From: Leptolyngbyaceae cyanobacterium CSU_1_3
GTDB taxonomy: Bacteria > Cyanobacteriota > Cyanobacteriia > Leptolyngbyales > Leptolyngbyaceae
NCBI GenBank assembly: GCA_012034655.1
Contig: JAAUOZ010000026.1
Coordinates: 1-42,679, forward strand
Reading direction: 5' to 3'
Length of the DNA: 42,679 nt
The translations under genes were made by a program, and so were the position numbers. Each line of letters starts with the position of its first letter. The stretch's first letter is position 1. Below, one piece after another: positions 1-10,984 of this stretch. The notes beneath the pieces are model-generated. The model was not told the origin of the DNA. It did not search any database and was given only the letters and a program-made list of their open reading frames with translations.

Positions 1-28
1 TGGGAGAGGGCTGGGGTGAGGGCAAGAC
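1..28. repeat. Truncated copy (window edge) of a dispersed G/C-rich palindromic element (GGGAGAGGGCTGGGGTGAGGGC)
   Basis: Near-identical to the right arm of the nested palindromes at 18342..18394 and 40366..40459. Only one arm is present because the window starts inside the element. Confidence 0.4.
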
Positions 29-200
29 AGCCTTGCAGTGGATGGAATGATTAGAGTTCTTCAGAAATAACAAAGGTACGCTGTATATGGCGCTAAAAAT
101 TAAATTTTCCGACTTTAAGACGCTTGAGGTAGTGTAGTTGCCTTATTCTTGAAGATGTCTATTGAATCCACGTTCCTAAGGTTTGCAGCCGAGACTCAAG

Positions 201-295
201 TTTTGCGTAGAAGGTTTTGCATAGGATCTGCATAGAAGTTTCTGCATAGAGTCTGCATAGAGTCTGCATAGAGTCTGCATAGAGTCTGCATAGAG
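201..295. repeat. Tandem array of an 11-bp unit TCTGCATAGAG (5 perfect copies at 241..295, about 3 degenerate copies at 201..240)
   Basis: Directly visible as head-to-tail perfect copies. It lies just 3' of the minus-strand gene 387..902. The 85-aa ORF 176..433 that overlaps it is probably an artefact of the repeat. Confidence 0.85.
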
Positions 296-386
296 ATTGT
301 GGAAGAAGTTTCGCCCTCGCCCAAAAAGCACTTCATTTTCAAGGAGAATATTTAGTCTCATCCTTGGGGCGATTAATCCTCGTATC

Positions 387-902
387 TCAGCCCTCCTCTC
401 CATAAAAGTATCCCTGCAAATTTTCTGGCTCAAACCGTCTCAAAATGGTCGTTGCCTTGCGAGTTAGCCCATCTGACCCTTTGACGACTACCAAATATTT
501 GCCAGCGTTGAGGCGATTTCGATAGGGCAACGCATCGCCCCCGCCGACAATTAACCCGACCCCACCGCCGATAAATACACTGCCCATAGCCCCGCCGATC
601 GCCCCCAAAATTCCCCCGATCGCCTGGTTGCCAAACTCACCCGCCCACGGAAAGGTATCTAGTTTTGTAACCAAATTAAAGCCAAACCCCGCCGCAAACC
701 CAAACGGAACTAGCCAAAGCGCCATCAGCTTAGATTGCTTGCGCGCCTGCTCGTTAGGATCGATCAGCCCATACTCATCGGCGCTTTTGTAGCCTCGACC
801 TAAGATCGCCACACTCTCCATGGGCAAACCGTCTCTCTCTAGGGCCGAATAGGCTTCCTCTGCCTGAATGCGATCGCCCAATACCGCCACCAGATAATTC
901 AT
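387..902 (-). CDS. Small membrane protein with a Gly-zipper segment (GGILGAIGGAMGSVFIGGGVGLIVGGG), general-stress/DUF1269-like
   Basis: 171-aa ORF. It has a soluble N-terminal region followed by a glycine-zipper hydrophobic stretch. There is no competing ORF. Confidence 0.55.
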   Translation of the reverse strand: MNYLVAVLGDRIQAEEAYSALERDGLPMESVAILGRGYKSADEYGLIDPNEQARKQSKLMALWLVPFGFAAGFGFNLVTKLDTFPWAGEFGNQAIGGILGAIGGAMGSVFIGGGVGLIVGGGDALPYRNRLNAGKYLVVVKGSDGLTRKATTILRRFEPENLQGYFYGEEG

Positions 903-1016
903 ATCTGTGAGTCTCCCGTCTTGATTTGGTCTATGGCCATCCTACCGAATCATCGATCGCTCACAACCGATGCCGCCCCAATCAGTAGAATTAGAATTTG
1001 ACTCAGGACTATCAAT

Positions 1017-1795
1017 ATGTTGCCAAGGGAAGACCTGCTCAAGGGTGTCGAAAATCGAGAGTGTGTCGTGCGAGTGATTGATCAGGCAGAACAAGCCATC
1101 AAAACCTGGGAAGTCGTGCTAACTGATTTTTTGTCGCCTCCCGAACTCGCCGAAGTGCAGCAGGTTTTTGGGCGGCTGTCAGATGTGCAGATGGTTCCCT
1201 GGGGCGGCTACCCCCAAGCAGAACGGCAACGCCTCGCGATCGCTCGCTCAGAGTTGCCCCTCGACTGCTCGCAGGTTGAAGTGGTTCCCCTCAGCATCGC
1301 GGGCAACTTTTTGTTTGACCCTGCCACCCATCGCGACTTTTTGGGCGCGCTCTTGGGCACGGGCATTGTGCGCGAAAAAGTAGGCGACATCCTTGTTTTG
1401 GGAGAGCGAGGCGCGCAGGCGATCGTCGTGGCAGAGTTGGTTGATTTTTGCAGATGAGTCTCACCCAGGTGCGATCTGTACCCGTCAAGACGCAGCCTAT
1501 CCCGATCGCCGAACTCAAGGTGCGAGAACCCAAAAAGAAAGAACTGACCACCGTAGAAGCCTCCATGCGGCTGGATGCGATCGCCTCGGCGGGGTTTGCC
1601 ATGTCACGCAGCAAAATGGCAGAAATGATTTTGGGGGGCGATGTGCGCGTCAACTGGAAGGAAATCACCTCGACGAGTCACACCGTTAAACCAGGCGATC
1701 TGATTGCCATTCGAGGGAAGGGCCGCGTCGAAGTGGGCGAAATGATGGTCACAAAAAAGGATCGTTATCGAGTTCAACTGACGCGCTTTATCTAG
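1017..1795 (+). CDS. Photosystem II S4-domain protein (YlmH-like RNA-binding S4 protein), split by an apparent 1-bp frameshift near 1445..1450
   Basis: ORFs 1017..1457 and 1448..1795 overlap in different frames. Joined, they give about 260 aa, the length of cyanobacterial PSII S4-domain proteins. The C-terminal S4-like segment is GDVRVNWKEITSTSHTVKPGDLIAIRGKGRV. The frame switch coincides with a T5 run (GATTTTTGCAG). A sixth T would restore VDFLQMSLTQ. Confidence 0.6.
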
Positions 1796-1819
1796 GCAAC
1801 CCTGCGTCAGTAAGCGAAC

Positions 1820-1853
1820 ATTCTCAGCCCGCCCAAAGTGTTGAGAATTTTTG
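1820..1853 (+). terminator. Rho-independent terminator candidate after the S4-domain gene
   Basis: Inverted repeat ATTCTCA(G)..(T)TGAGAAT with a 15-nt loop, followed by TTTTT. It sits 25 nt after the stop codon at 1795. Confidence 0.55.
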
Positions 1854-2197
1854 ACCATTCAATAGTTTTTTTCGGAAACCATATAAACTAACACTACGTA
1901 CTCAGTAGACGCGGTTAGAGATCGAAATGATAGAACGCAATCAAGTTAAAGAATTTAAGAGCATTTGTTTGCGGGGCCTCTACTGAAATTAAGGGTACGG
2001 GTGTTTTTTCGACGATCGTTTGACTTGGGCTACTTGCACAAATCAAGTCAAAAGGAATACATTAATTTCCAATGTTTTCCGGATTTTCTACTGGGGTAGG
2101 GTTGATCCCAAAGAGTCGTGCGATCGGGTGTGTTGCTGAGTGTATCGGGTGGTGTTGGTTCAAATAACCGATGCTCTGAAAGTCTGGAGAGATCACC

Positions 2198-5100
2198 GTG
2201 AACAAAAATTTACTCAAACAGTGGTCAGGGCGAATTGGCTTGATGGCGCTGTTGGCTGTCTTTACGCTGCCGCTTGCCGTAGTGGTTCAGCAGTTGGTGG
2301 CTGAGATCAACATGGGAATGAGCCTGACCCAAAGGGAAAAAGAAGGGCTGGCATACAATCAAACATTGAGAAACCTTTTAGAAAACGTCATTCAACATCG
2401 AAAACTTGCAGATATTTATCTCACGGGCAACGCCGATGATGAGGAAGAATTATTAAAAACTGAACGGACGATCGAGACTAATATTCAACACGTTGAAATC
2501 GTCGAGCGCAAGCTCGGAATCACCCTTAAAACCAAAGAAAATTGGCAGAAAATTCGCTCCCAATGGCAACTGCTCAAATCAGAACTTCAGACCCTATCGG
2601 CTGAAAAAAGCTTTCTGAGCCACACCATTCTCGTCCAAAGCATCATCACCCAAATGATCCATGTGGGTGACACCTCTGAGATGATTCTTGACGCTGAACT
2701 CGACACCTATTATCTGATAGAAGCGCTGATCACCAAACTGCCGACGACGATCGAAGAAACAGCCCAGGCAGGAGAATTGGGTCGGCAAATCGTGGGACGA
2801 AAATCAATCACGCTGGCAGAAGAAGCCCAGATGACCGTTTTTCACCATTTGATCAGCACCCCAACCATGGCGATCGCCAGAAACACCCAGGTAATTTTTG
2901 ACTACAAACCCAAACTCAAAGCAGCCCTACAAACCGAAGTTCAGGCGAGCCTCAACACGACCAACCATTTTCTGAAGCTGATCCAAAAAGACACCCTGGC
3001 TAAGGTTGCCTCTGAGCCAATCAACTATTCCGAAGCGGGTAAAATCGCGATCGCAAACCAATTCAAACTCTACGATGCTATCTTTCCAGCCATCGATCGT
3101 CTTCTGCAAGCTCGTCTCGATAACTATATTTGGCGCAAATATCGGGTGATTACCTTCACCTTCTTGGTGTTGCTGGTCGTCGTTGCCATTTACGTCGCTC
3201 TGGCGCGAAACTGGCAGCAGCGTAAGCGAGTCGAGCAGCGTCTGCGTGTGCAATATGGCATCACCAAGACCCTGGCAGAATCTGACACGCTGGATGAAGC
3301 CTCTGCAAAAATTTTGCAGGCGATTTGTGAAAGCTTGGATTGGGATATAGGCGAATTTTGGACGAGCGATCCTCATCATCAAGTCCTGCGATCGACCCAA
3401 TGCTGGTATGGGCCCCGCCTCAACGTGCCAGAAGCGATTCAACGCCAACCGATAGTTCTCCCTGCGGGCAAGGGGCTAGCTGGGCGCGTATGGCGAGAAG
3501 CACGATCGATCTGGGTTGCAGATCTCAAAAAAGATCCAGATTTTGTCTTGAAGGACAACGACCCCAAAGCAAATCTACACAGCGTCTTTGGTTTCCCAAT
3601 TTTAGAGGGAGAGCGTGTCATCGCTGCCATGTTTTTTTTCAGTCAAGACTTCCAATATCTCGACTCAGAAACGCTGCAAATGATGCTCACCGTTGGGACT
3701 CAAATTGGGCAGTTTATGCGACGCAAACAAGCCGAAATTGCAGTGCGTCATGCAGAAGAACAATATCGCAGCATTTTTGAGAATTCTACAGAAGGCATTT
3801 TTCAAACCACATTAGCAGGGCAATATCTCAGCGTTAACCCCGCACTGGTGAAGATTTATGGCTACGATTCGCCAGAAGATCTGCTCACCAAACTCTCCAG
3901 TATTGAGCAGCAACTCTATGTCGAACCCGATCGTCGCGCCGAATTTTTGAACCTGATTGAGCACCACGATCGCATCGCCAATTTTGAGTCACAGGTCTAT
4001 CACAAAAATGGCAGCACGATTTGGATTTCTGAAAGCGCGGCAGCAGTGCGCGATCGCGATGGCAGCTTATTGTTCTATGTGGGCACGGTGCAAGATATCA
4101 GTGAGCAACGGCGCAGCGCTCAAAAGCTCTACCAGGCCCTCGATTTTGCCGAAACGGCGAGTCGTGCCAAGAGCCAATTTCTCGCCAATATGAGCCACGA
4201 ATTACGCACACCGCTCAATGCAATCATCGGCTACAGCGAAATGCTCCAAGAAGATGCAGGAAGATTTGGGTTTTTCGCAGATTATCCCCGACCTCAGCAA
4301 GATTCGCGGTGCAGGAAAACACCTGCTCAACTTGATCAACGACATTCTTGATATCTCTAAAATCGAAGCAGGCAAAATGGATCTTTACCTGGAGGCTTTT
4401 GATGTGTCAATGCTGATTAGGGAGGTTGAGGCAACCGTGCAGCCGCTTGTCGAAGAGAAACGAAATCAACTTCAAGTGTTTTGTGCAGATAACTTGGGCA
4501 TGATGCACGCAGATCTGACCAAAGTTCGTCAGATTTTACTCAATCTCTTAAGTAACGCTGCGAAGTTTACAGAAAACGGTACGATCACTCTGTCCGTCGA
4601 GCGCAGCGATCGCCCGGTCATCGTCAGCCAAGATCAGCCACTTCAAGCTGTAGGTATGCCTTCAAGTATTTCTCACAGCGCTCCTCCTAGTATTTCTCAT
4701 AGTGTTTCTTCTAGCATTGTTTTTCACGTTTCTGATACTGGAATTGGCATCACCCCAGAACAGAGAAAAATTCTATTTCAGGCATTCACTCAAGCCGATG
4801 CTTCCACGACTCGTAAGTATGGTGGGACGGGGCTGGGGCTGGTGATCAGTCAGAGATTTTGCCAAATGATGGGGGGTGACATTTCCGTCACCAGCGCCCT
4901 GGGGCAAGGCTCAAAGTTTACGGTGCAGTTGCCGATCGCTGTGCCCCATCTCTCCTCTAGCTCAGAAACGCTTCTCCCGCCGCTCGAAAAGTCGCACAAA
5001 AAGCAGTTTACCGTTTTGGTGATTGATGACGACCCCTCAACCCAAGAACTGATGGTGCGCTATTTGCTCAAAGAAGGCCTGCAAGTCGAGACTGCCTCCA

Positions 5101-5762
5101 CCGGAGAAGAAGGCATACAGCGAGCGATCGCGCTACGCCCTGACGCGATCACCCTAGACGTGCTGATGCCCACAATGGACGGCTGGGCGGTGCTGGCAGC
5201 CCTCAAGGCTGATCCTGATCTTGCTGACATTCCGGTGGTGGTGTTGACGATCGTTGACGACAAAAATCTTGGATTTGCCCTCGGTGCATCTGACTACCTG
5301 ACCAAACCGATCGACTACAAACGACTGACCAAAATTCTCAGCAAATACCGCCCAGAAGTTCTAGAACCAGACAAAAATGGACGAGTTCTAATTGTCGAAG
5401 ATGACGACACTACCCGCGATCTATTTCAGCGCACCCTTGCCAAAGAAGGCTGGCTCAGCAGTGTCGCTGACAATGGACGAGTCGCCCTAGAGTGCATTAC
5501 TCACCAAAAACCTGATCTAATTTTGCTAGATCTAATGATGCCAGAAATGAATGGATTCGAGTTTATCAAGCAATTGCAGCAGGTTGCAGCCTGGCGATCG
5601 ATTCCAGTCGTGGTGGTCACGGCGATGAGCCTCACTCCTCTTGATCGCTTACGCCTGAGTGGGTACGTCGAACAAATCCTCCAAAAAGGAGCCTACCGCC
5701 GCGATGAACTGCTCCAAGAAGTCAGAGATTTAGTGCTCACCAACTTCGACCTTGATCCCTAG
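2198..5762 (+). CDS. Hybrid sensor histidine kinase: N-terminal membrane-bounded sensor domain, GAF, PAS, HisKA, HATPase_c and two C-terminal receiver domains. Split by an apparent 1-bp frameshift near 4257..4262.
   Basis: GTG start with GGAGAG 6 nt upstream. There are two TM segments (aa ~13-30 and [19 protein letters not shown]). The H-box is [21 protein letters not shown] 4218..5762 continues the DHp helix in another frame ([21 protein letters not shown]), matching the intact paralog at 7690..7760. G1/G2 boxes are DTGIGI and GGTGLGL. Two REC domains follow (VLVIDDD..D, and LIVEDDD with LDLMMP). A short in-frame SISHS duplication sits in the ATP-lid region. Confidence 0.8.
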
Positions 5763-5982
5763 TCCTCATCCTTGTTGAACCGATCTACAGTTTTCAGACA
5801 CATGACGCATTTCCTATCTTGTTTGCTTTTTTATATCACTTTAAAAAATGAGTGCGATCGATCCTGTTGCTTAAACCAGGCTTCTAAGTAAGCAGGTTGA
5901 GCGGAGTCGAAACCCGACATCTGGTTGGCTTTAATTTCACCCCACTACTTTAGACCCTAAAATCGCCACTCTAAGACTCAAA

Positions 5983-6357
5983 ATGCTATTAGCTATGCCC
6001 AAGATCCTTTTAGTTGAAGATAATGAAATCAATCGAGATATGCTGTCTCGTCGGCTGGCGCGGCGGGGGTTTGATGTCATCGTCGCGATCGACGGCGCAC
6101 AAAGTATTACGATCGCCCAAACCGAACTTCCTGACCTGATTTTGATGGATATGAGCTTGCCCGTCTTAGACGGCTGGGAAGCCACTCGCCAGATCAAGTC
6201 TGCCCTGGCTACCCAAGATATTCCAGTGATTGCGTTGACAGCCCATGCAATGTCGGGCGATCGCGAAAAGTGTATAGATGCGGGGTGCGACGACTACGAC
6301 ACCAAACCCGTCGAGATGCCTCGACTGCTCGAAAAAATTCAGGGACTTTTGGGGTAG
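5983..6357 (+). CDS. Stand-alone CheY-like response regulator (receiver domain only)
   Basis: 124 aa with KILLVEDNEINRDML, the phosphoacceptor context LILMDMSLPVLDGWE, and a conserved T/K (ALTAHA...YDTKP). The start could instead be the internal Met at 5995. Confidence 0.85.
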   Translation: MLLAMPKILLVEDNEINRDMLSRRLARRGFDVIVAIDGAQSITIAQTELPDLILMDMSLPVLDGWEATRQIKSALATQDIPVIALTAHAMSGDREKCIDAGCDDYDTKPVEMPRLLEKIQGLLG

Positions 6358-6361
6358 CAGC

Positions 6362-8324
6362 ATGAAGCAGGGAAAAATCAACTATCTGACCCTCCGCAGA
6401 GGAACCTTGCTGATTATTGGCATTACTCTAGTAAGCCTAAACGCCGCCATCTATGGGGTAGCTTCTACGCTGCTATTAGGCGGTTCTATGCGAGCCGAAG
6501 AAAAAGATACGCGCCAGGCGATGAAAGGGGTATTAAATGTTTTTAACCAAAATATTGAGCAATTTAACCTCAACTTTGCCGATTGGTCTTCTTGGGATGA
6601 TGCCTATCAATTTATTCAAGATGGCAACTCAGACTTTATTCAAACCAATCTAATCGAGCCGCAGTTGGCGATGCTGCAAGTCAACTTAATCTTATTTGTC
6701 GATCGCTCTGGCAAGACAGTCTTCAGCACAGGGTTTGATTTAGAGCAAGGGCGAAAAAAGCCGATCCCCCCCAGTTTTAAGCAGCACTTAAAACCGGATG
6801 GGCTGCTCTTGAAGCATAAGTCGATCAATAGCTCAGTGTCAGGGATTGTGATCTTGCCAGAAGGAGCGATGATCATTGCCTCCCGCCCGATCTCCACCAG
6901 TCAGCGTCAGGGAGAAATTCGAGGCAGTTTGATTGTGGGGCGCTATTTGCGCGAAGAAGAAGTCGATCGCCTGACCCAATCTTTGCAGGTTCCTTTGAAG
7001 GTGCATCCGCTCTTGAAGGGCAAAGTTCCGCCAGAGTTGATTAGTTCGTCTACGCGCAAGCTCGAACACGCAGATGCTTCGGGCTTCCTCGAAGGGGTGA
7101 GCGTGACAGTGCGCGCGCAGGATGAAAAACGATCGTCGGTTTGGCATTGCTGCAAGACATCTACGGCAAACCAGCAGTCATACTTCAGGCGCAAAATTCA
7201 CGAGAAATCTATCAGCAGGGTAAAGACGCGATCCGATTTCTGAGTTTGCTGATTGTAATCGTCGGGTTTATATTTGGCGGTGTCACCTTGATCTTGCTAG
7301 AGAAGCTGATTCTCTCTCGGCTGTCGCAACTGAGTCAAGAAGTGAGCAGCATTGGAGAGAGTGGCGACCTATCTCTGCGGGTTTCGGCTCCTGGCAAAGA
7401 TGAGCTTTCCCATCTGGGGTTTACCATCAACACGATGTTAGAAGCGTTAGAGCAATACGAACACAAACTTCAGCGATCGACGGACGAGATCAAGCAGGCT
7501 AAAGAAGTTGCAGAGCAAGCAAACTGGGCTAAGAGCCAATTTCTCGCTAACATGAGCCATGAATTACGCACACCGATGAATGCGATTATTGGCTATAGCG
7601 AAATGCTGCAAGAAGATGCGATCGAATTAGATCAACAAGAGTTTGTTTCAGACTTACAAAAAATTAACAACGCTGGCAGACACCTGTTGGGATTGATCAA
7701 TGACATTCTAGATTTGTCTAAGATCGAAGCTGGAAAATGGATCTCTACCTGGAAAGTTTTGATATTCCCAGCCTGATTCGGGAGGTGGTTAGCACCATTG
7801 CACCATTGGTCAGTCGAAATGGTAATGTGCTGATCGTTGAGTGTGATCAGCAGTTGGGTTCGATGTGTGCCGACCTGACCAAGACACGCCAAAATTTATA
7901 TAACTTACTGAGCAATGCTTGCAAGTTTACGGCCCAGGGAACGATTCGGTTGACGGTAAGCAGACAGGGGCAAAACTTGCCGCCAGGGTTGAAGTCAGAA
8001 GATGCCCCTCAAAGCTCAAAAAAGGCTCAATCTCTGATTATATTCCGCGTCTCTGACACCGGAATCGGCATGACCGCCGAGCAGATCAATCGCGTGTTTC
8101 AAGCGTTTACCCAAGCAGATGCTTCCACAACTCGTAAGTATGGCGGCACAGGCTTGGGGTTGGCGATCGCCCAACGGTTTTGCCTGATGATGGGCGGCAT
8201 GATCACCGTTGAGAGCGAATTTGGTCAAGGTTCTACTTTTACAATGTCTATTCCTGCAAATGTAGAAGCCATCAAAAAATCATCCATTGCACTTACCTTA
8301 GAGAAAATACGATCGCTGTACTGA
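6362..8324 (+). CDS. Sensor histidine kinase with a periplasmic CHASE-like sensor domain, TM2/HAMP, HisKA and HATPase_c. It lies in three frame pieces, with apparent 1-bp frameshifts near 7125..7129 and 7734..7737.
   Basis: ATG at 6362 sits 4 nt after the stop of the receiver gene. TM1 is [18 protein letters not shown]. Piece 2 (7141..7776) carries TM2, a HAMP-like linker and the H-box [18 protein letters not shown]. Piece 3 (7737..8324) carries DTGIGM and GGTGLGL. Both breaks fall in A-runs (GATGAAAAACG and GGAAAATGG). One added A restores [13 protein letters not shown] and [11 protein letters not shown] respectively. Confidence 0.75.
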
Positions 8325-8451
8325 CAAAAAAAGCTTGATACGTCGGCAGAGCTTCAGTCACTTCAGTGCTGATCGACTTCGCTCAGGGCGCAACCGTGAG
8401 CGGGTTGAGCAGAGTCGAAACCAGCAGGTACATTCTTTTGTAGAAATCGCC

Positions 8452-8506
8452 TAAGTTAAGACAAATAAGTTAAGACAATAAGTTAAGACAAATAAGTTAA
8501 GACAAA
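8452..8506. repeat. Tandem array, 4 copies of a 13/14-bp unit TAAGTTAAGACAA(A)
   Basis: Directly visible. It overlaps the stop codon and 3' end of the minus-strand hydrolase gene and lies 130 nt downstream of the plus-strand kinase gene. Confidence 0.85.
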
Positions 8507-9447
8507 TATTTATCTAAAAATGGCAAAATGCCCTCAGCGAGTTCTATTGGATATTCTTCGTGCAATCCGAGAGAGCCTGGCATACGATGAACCTGAACCC
8601 CTGAAAAGTGAGCCAATACTTCAACTTCAGCACGAGACTTAGGCGGCATGTTGTCTCCAATTACCATCATCACTGGCATGGGCAATGACTGAAATAAGTT
8701 AAACCACGCCTCTCGCTTTTTCACCGCATCTAATGCACCCGTGACAAAAGCAGCCGAAGAAAATCGGGCATTTTGACCCTTTGTCGTCTGCCATTTTTGC
8801 TCTATCAGATCTCGTGTAATATTTTTGGCATCTGCAAAAACATGCCGACCATACATAAATCTCAGAAATCCACGGGTCGTGTTCAAGAAATAGAGTGTTT
8901 GCCCAAGCACAGGAGTATTGATTAGAAGCTGTAAAGCTCGATAGCAACGGCGGTGCTCTCCCATCGCAGTCGGCAAAGGGCCGCGCCAAGTTGGGGAAAC
9001 CAATACAACCCACCGCCACGGTGGAGATGAGCTTCGGTATGCTTTGGCTGCCATCTCCATCACGTATCCAGCGGAGTGCCCTGCGGCAACCACCACGATC
9101 GGCTCCGAAAAAACCGTCTGCACAAAGTTGCGGAGAAAAGATTCGTAGAGGGCGGGGGTGCAGTCGATCGCCAACCGCGAAGAGTCGCCAAACCCGACCC
9201 AATCGAGGGCAAAAACCTGATATTTCTGCGCTAGCCGTTCAGCTAGCCCCCGCATTTCTGCGCGACTGGAAACGCTACTCAGGGCAGGTAACAGTAAAAT
9301 CGGCTTGCCCTCGCCCAGCACCTCGTAGGTAGCCGTGATTGATTTCTCCTTCCAACTCCAGTTGTGCTGCTTGACGCTGCCGCCAATTCTGGTTTCTGGA
9401 GCCGCGATCGCATCGGTGGAATGGTTGACCATCACAGTTTTCTTCAT
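8497..9447 (-). CDS. Alpha/beta-fold hydrolase
   Basis: Nucleophile elbow GHSAG within VVVAAGHSAGYV, and typical alpha/beta hydrolase length. The start was chosen at the MKKTVMV Met (9447). The upstream part of the 358-aa ORF looks non-coding, and 9432 is an alternative start. Confidence 0.7.
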   Translation of the reverse strand: MKKTVMVNHSTDAIAAPETRIGGSVKQHNWSWKEKSITATYEVLGEGKPILLLPALSSVSSRAEMRGLAERLAQKYQVFALDWVGFGDSSRLAIDCTPALYESFLRNFVQTVFSEPIVVVAAGHSAGYVMEMAAKAYRSSSPPWRWVVLVSPTWRGPLPTAMGEHRRCYRALQLLINTPVLGQTLYFLNTTRGFLRFMYGRHVFADAKNITRDLIEQKWQTTKGQNARFSSAAFVTGALDAVKKREAWFNLFQSLPMPVMMVIGDNMPPKSRAEVEVLAHFSGVQVHRMPGSLGLHEEYPIELAEGILPFLDKYLS

Positions 9448-9681
9448 CCTCAAAGCGCTCAAACAACGGATATTTCCCTCAACCACGATACGATGTTCTC
9501 TCCTGTTTGCAAATGTGCAGGCAATAGCAAATCGGATGGCTGCGAAGAGACGGGTCTCAAAAAACACTCGCAAAAAAATAGTAGTCCGTAGGGGAAACTA
9601 CGAACTACTGATGATAACCTACTAGCAATAAACGACTAATAGAGGGGCGAGTTTAAAGGAGCGAGTTTAGAGGGGCGCGTT

Positions 9682-10497
9682 CTATTTGACAATACTGCTT
9701 TGACGGCGACGACGCAGGACGATGCCCGCAGCCCCCAGACCCAAGAGAGACAGACCCACCGAAGGCTCAGGAACTTTCAAGGCTCTGATGTTGTCTTCAC
9801 CGATGTCGATCGCAAAGACTGTATCGTTAAAGTCACGATCGGAGTTCTCGTTTTTGCCATCGGATGCATTCTTTTGTCCATAGAGATCCTCAAAGCCCAG
9901 CAACAAGTAGCGATTGTTAACTGCATAAGCAACGACGTGCTGAAGACCATCTTCGTTCATGGCAGTTTGGGTTCCAAAGACATTCGCGCCTGCTCCTCGA
10001 TTTAGACCATCAGCGCGCAGAGAGAAGTCGAGTTGAGAGCCTCCCAAAATTTGACCCATGCTGACACCATCTCCCATTTTCAGTGCGTTGCCGCCCCAGC
10101 CTCCAACGCAGCCAGTTCCTTCACAGGAGATATCTTTGAAAAGAAGCGCACTCGTATTGGTTGCACCCTTGGATGTGAAGGCGAGTTGGTTGCGGTAGCC
10201 AGCCCCTTCGTTGATGAAAAATGCGGAAACGTTATAGTCATACTTCAGCTTCAGCTTGGTGGGGTCGAGCTTGAACTGTTTGCTTTTGGCAAGTACGATT
10301 CCTTCTGCTTGGACGAAGGGCTGGAAGGGCGCATCGTTGAACCCAGTTTGAGCTTTGTTGAGAACTGTAGGCTGGACACTATCCCAAACAGCATCGCTAG
10401 GGGAAAGAGCAGCCGCCGTTGCGGAGGAAGCTTGAGAAATGACTCCGGTGATAGCAGCAGTAGCGGCGAGAAGACCTGCGAAGAATTTGTTATTCAT
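9682..10497 (-). CDS. Secreted PEP-CTERM sorting-domain protein
   Basis: N-terminal signal peptide MNNKFFAGLLAATAAITGVISQASSATA. The C-terminal motif VPEPSVGLSLLGLGAAGIVLRRRRQ has the PEP motif, a hydrophobic helix and an Arg-rich tail. This is the established exosortase recognition signature. Confidence 0.75.
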   Translation of the reverse strand: MNNKFFAGLLAATAAITGVISQASSATAAALSPSDAVWDSVQPTVLNKAQTGFNDAPFQPFVQAEGIVLAKSKQFKLDPTKLKLKYDYNVSAFFINEGAGYRNQLAFTSKGATNTSALLFKDISCEGTGCVGGWGGNALKMGDGVSMGQILGGSQLDFSLRADGLNRGAGANVFGTQTAMNEDGLQHVVAYAVNNRYLLLGFEDLYGQKNASDGKNENSDRDFNDTVFAIDIGEDNIRALKVPEPSVGLSLLGLGAAGIVLRRRRQSSIVK

Positions 10498-10984
10498 GTG
10501 AGCGGTGTAGATAATGAAGTGCAGCTTTGAGAGAGAACAGCCGATTCGAGGAGATGCTTCCGAATACGATGCGTAACTTCTAATACTTCTAACAGTGTCT
10601 TCTAGCTAACGTCATTAGTTTCTTATTCTCTTGGTTGATTCTTTATTCAAGGCTTTATGCATAGGGGTTTCACGGATTTTATCTCCTGTGAGCAGGCTAA
10701 AAATAGAGGAGATTCGGGCTTTAAAGTTAGTCAATTAGGTGAGGAATTCACTAGCAAATTTAAGTAATAATACATACTTAAATTTAATACTTTATACTTA
10801 GAATTCCTATATCTACTGAGTTTAGCTGATGGGCTTCTCTCGATCGAGCGATTCCAATCCAAATCTGAAGGATGCCGACTTGGGCAAAGCCTATCCTTCG
10901 TCTCCGCAGCAACACTGAAAACACCGATCGACACCTGCTAGATCACAACCCTGGAAACAGCAAAATCCAGCGATCGGCGGTTTC

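Noticed and set aside
176-433. 85-aa minus-strand ORF overlapping the 11-bp tandem array
   Set aside because: The repeat itself creates the open frame, which yields a repetitive peptide (ADSMQTLCRLYADSMQKLL). There are no start signals and it overlaps the 3' end of a better gene.
1168-1858. Several 60-125 aa ORFs overlapping the S4-domain gene on both strands (1168..1383, 1208..1390, 1291..1668, 1393..1689, 1604..1858)
   Set aside because: They are nested within or antisense to a gene with strong family similarity. Their compositions are Arg/Ser/Cys-rich, typical of GC-rich off-frame translation.
8991-9625. Plus-strand ORFs 8991..9332, 9335..9625 and 9364..9591 over the hydrolase gene and its upstream region
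   Set aside because: They are antisense to the alpha/beta hydrolase, which has a GHSAG nucleophile elbow, or lie in its promoter region. They are Arg/Pro-rich with no recognisable motifs.
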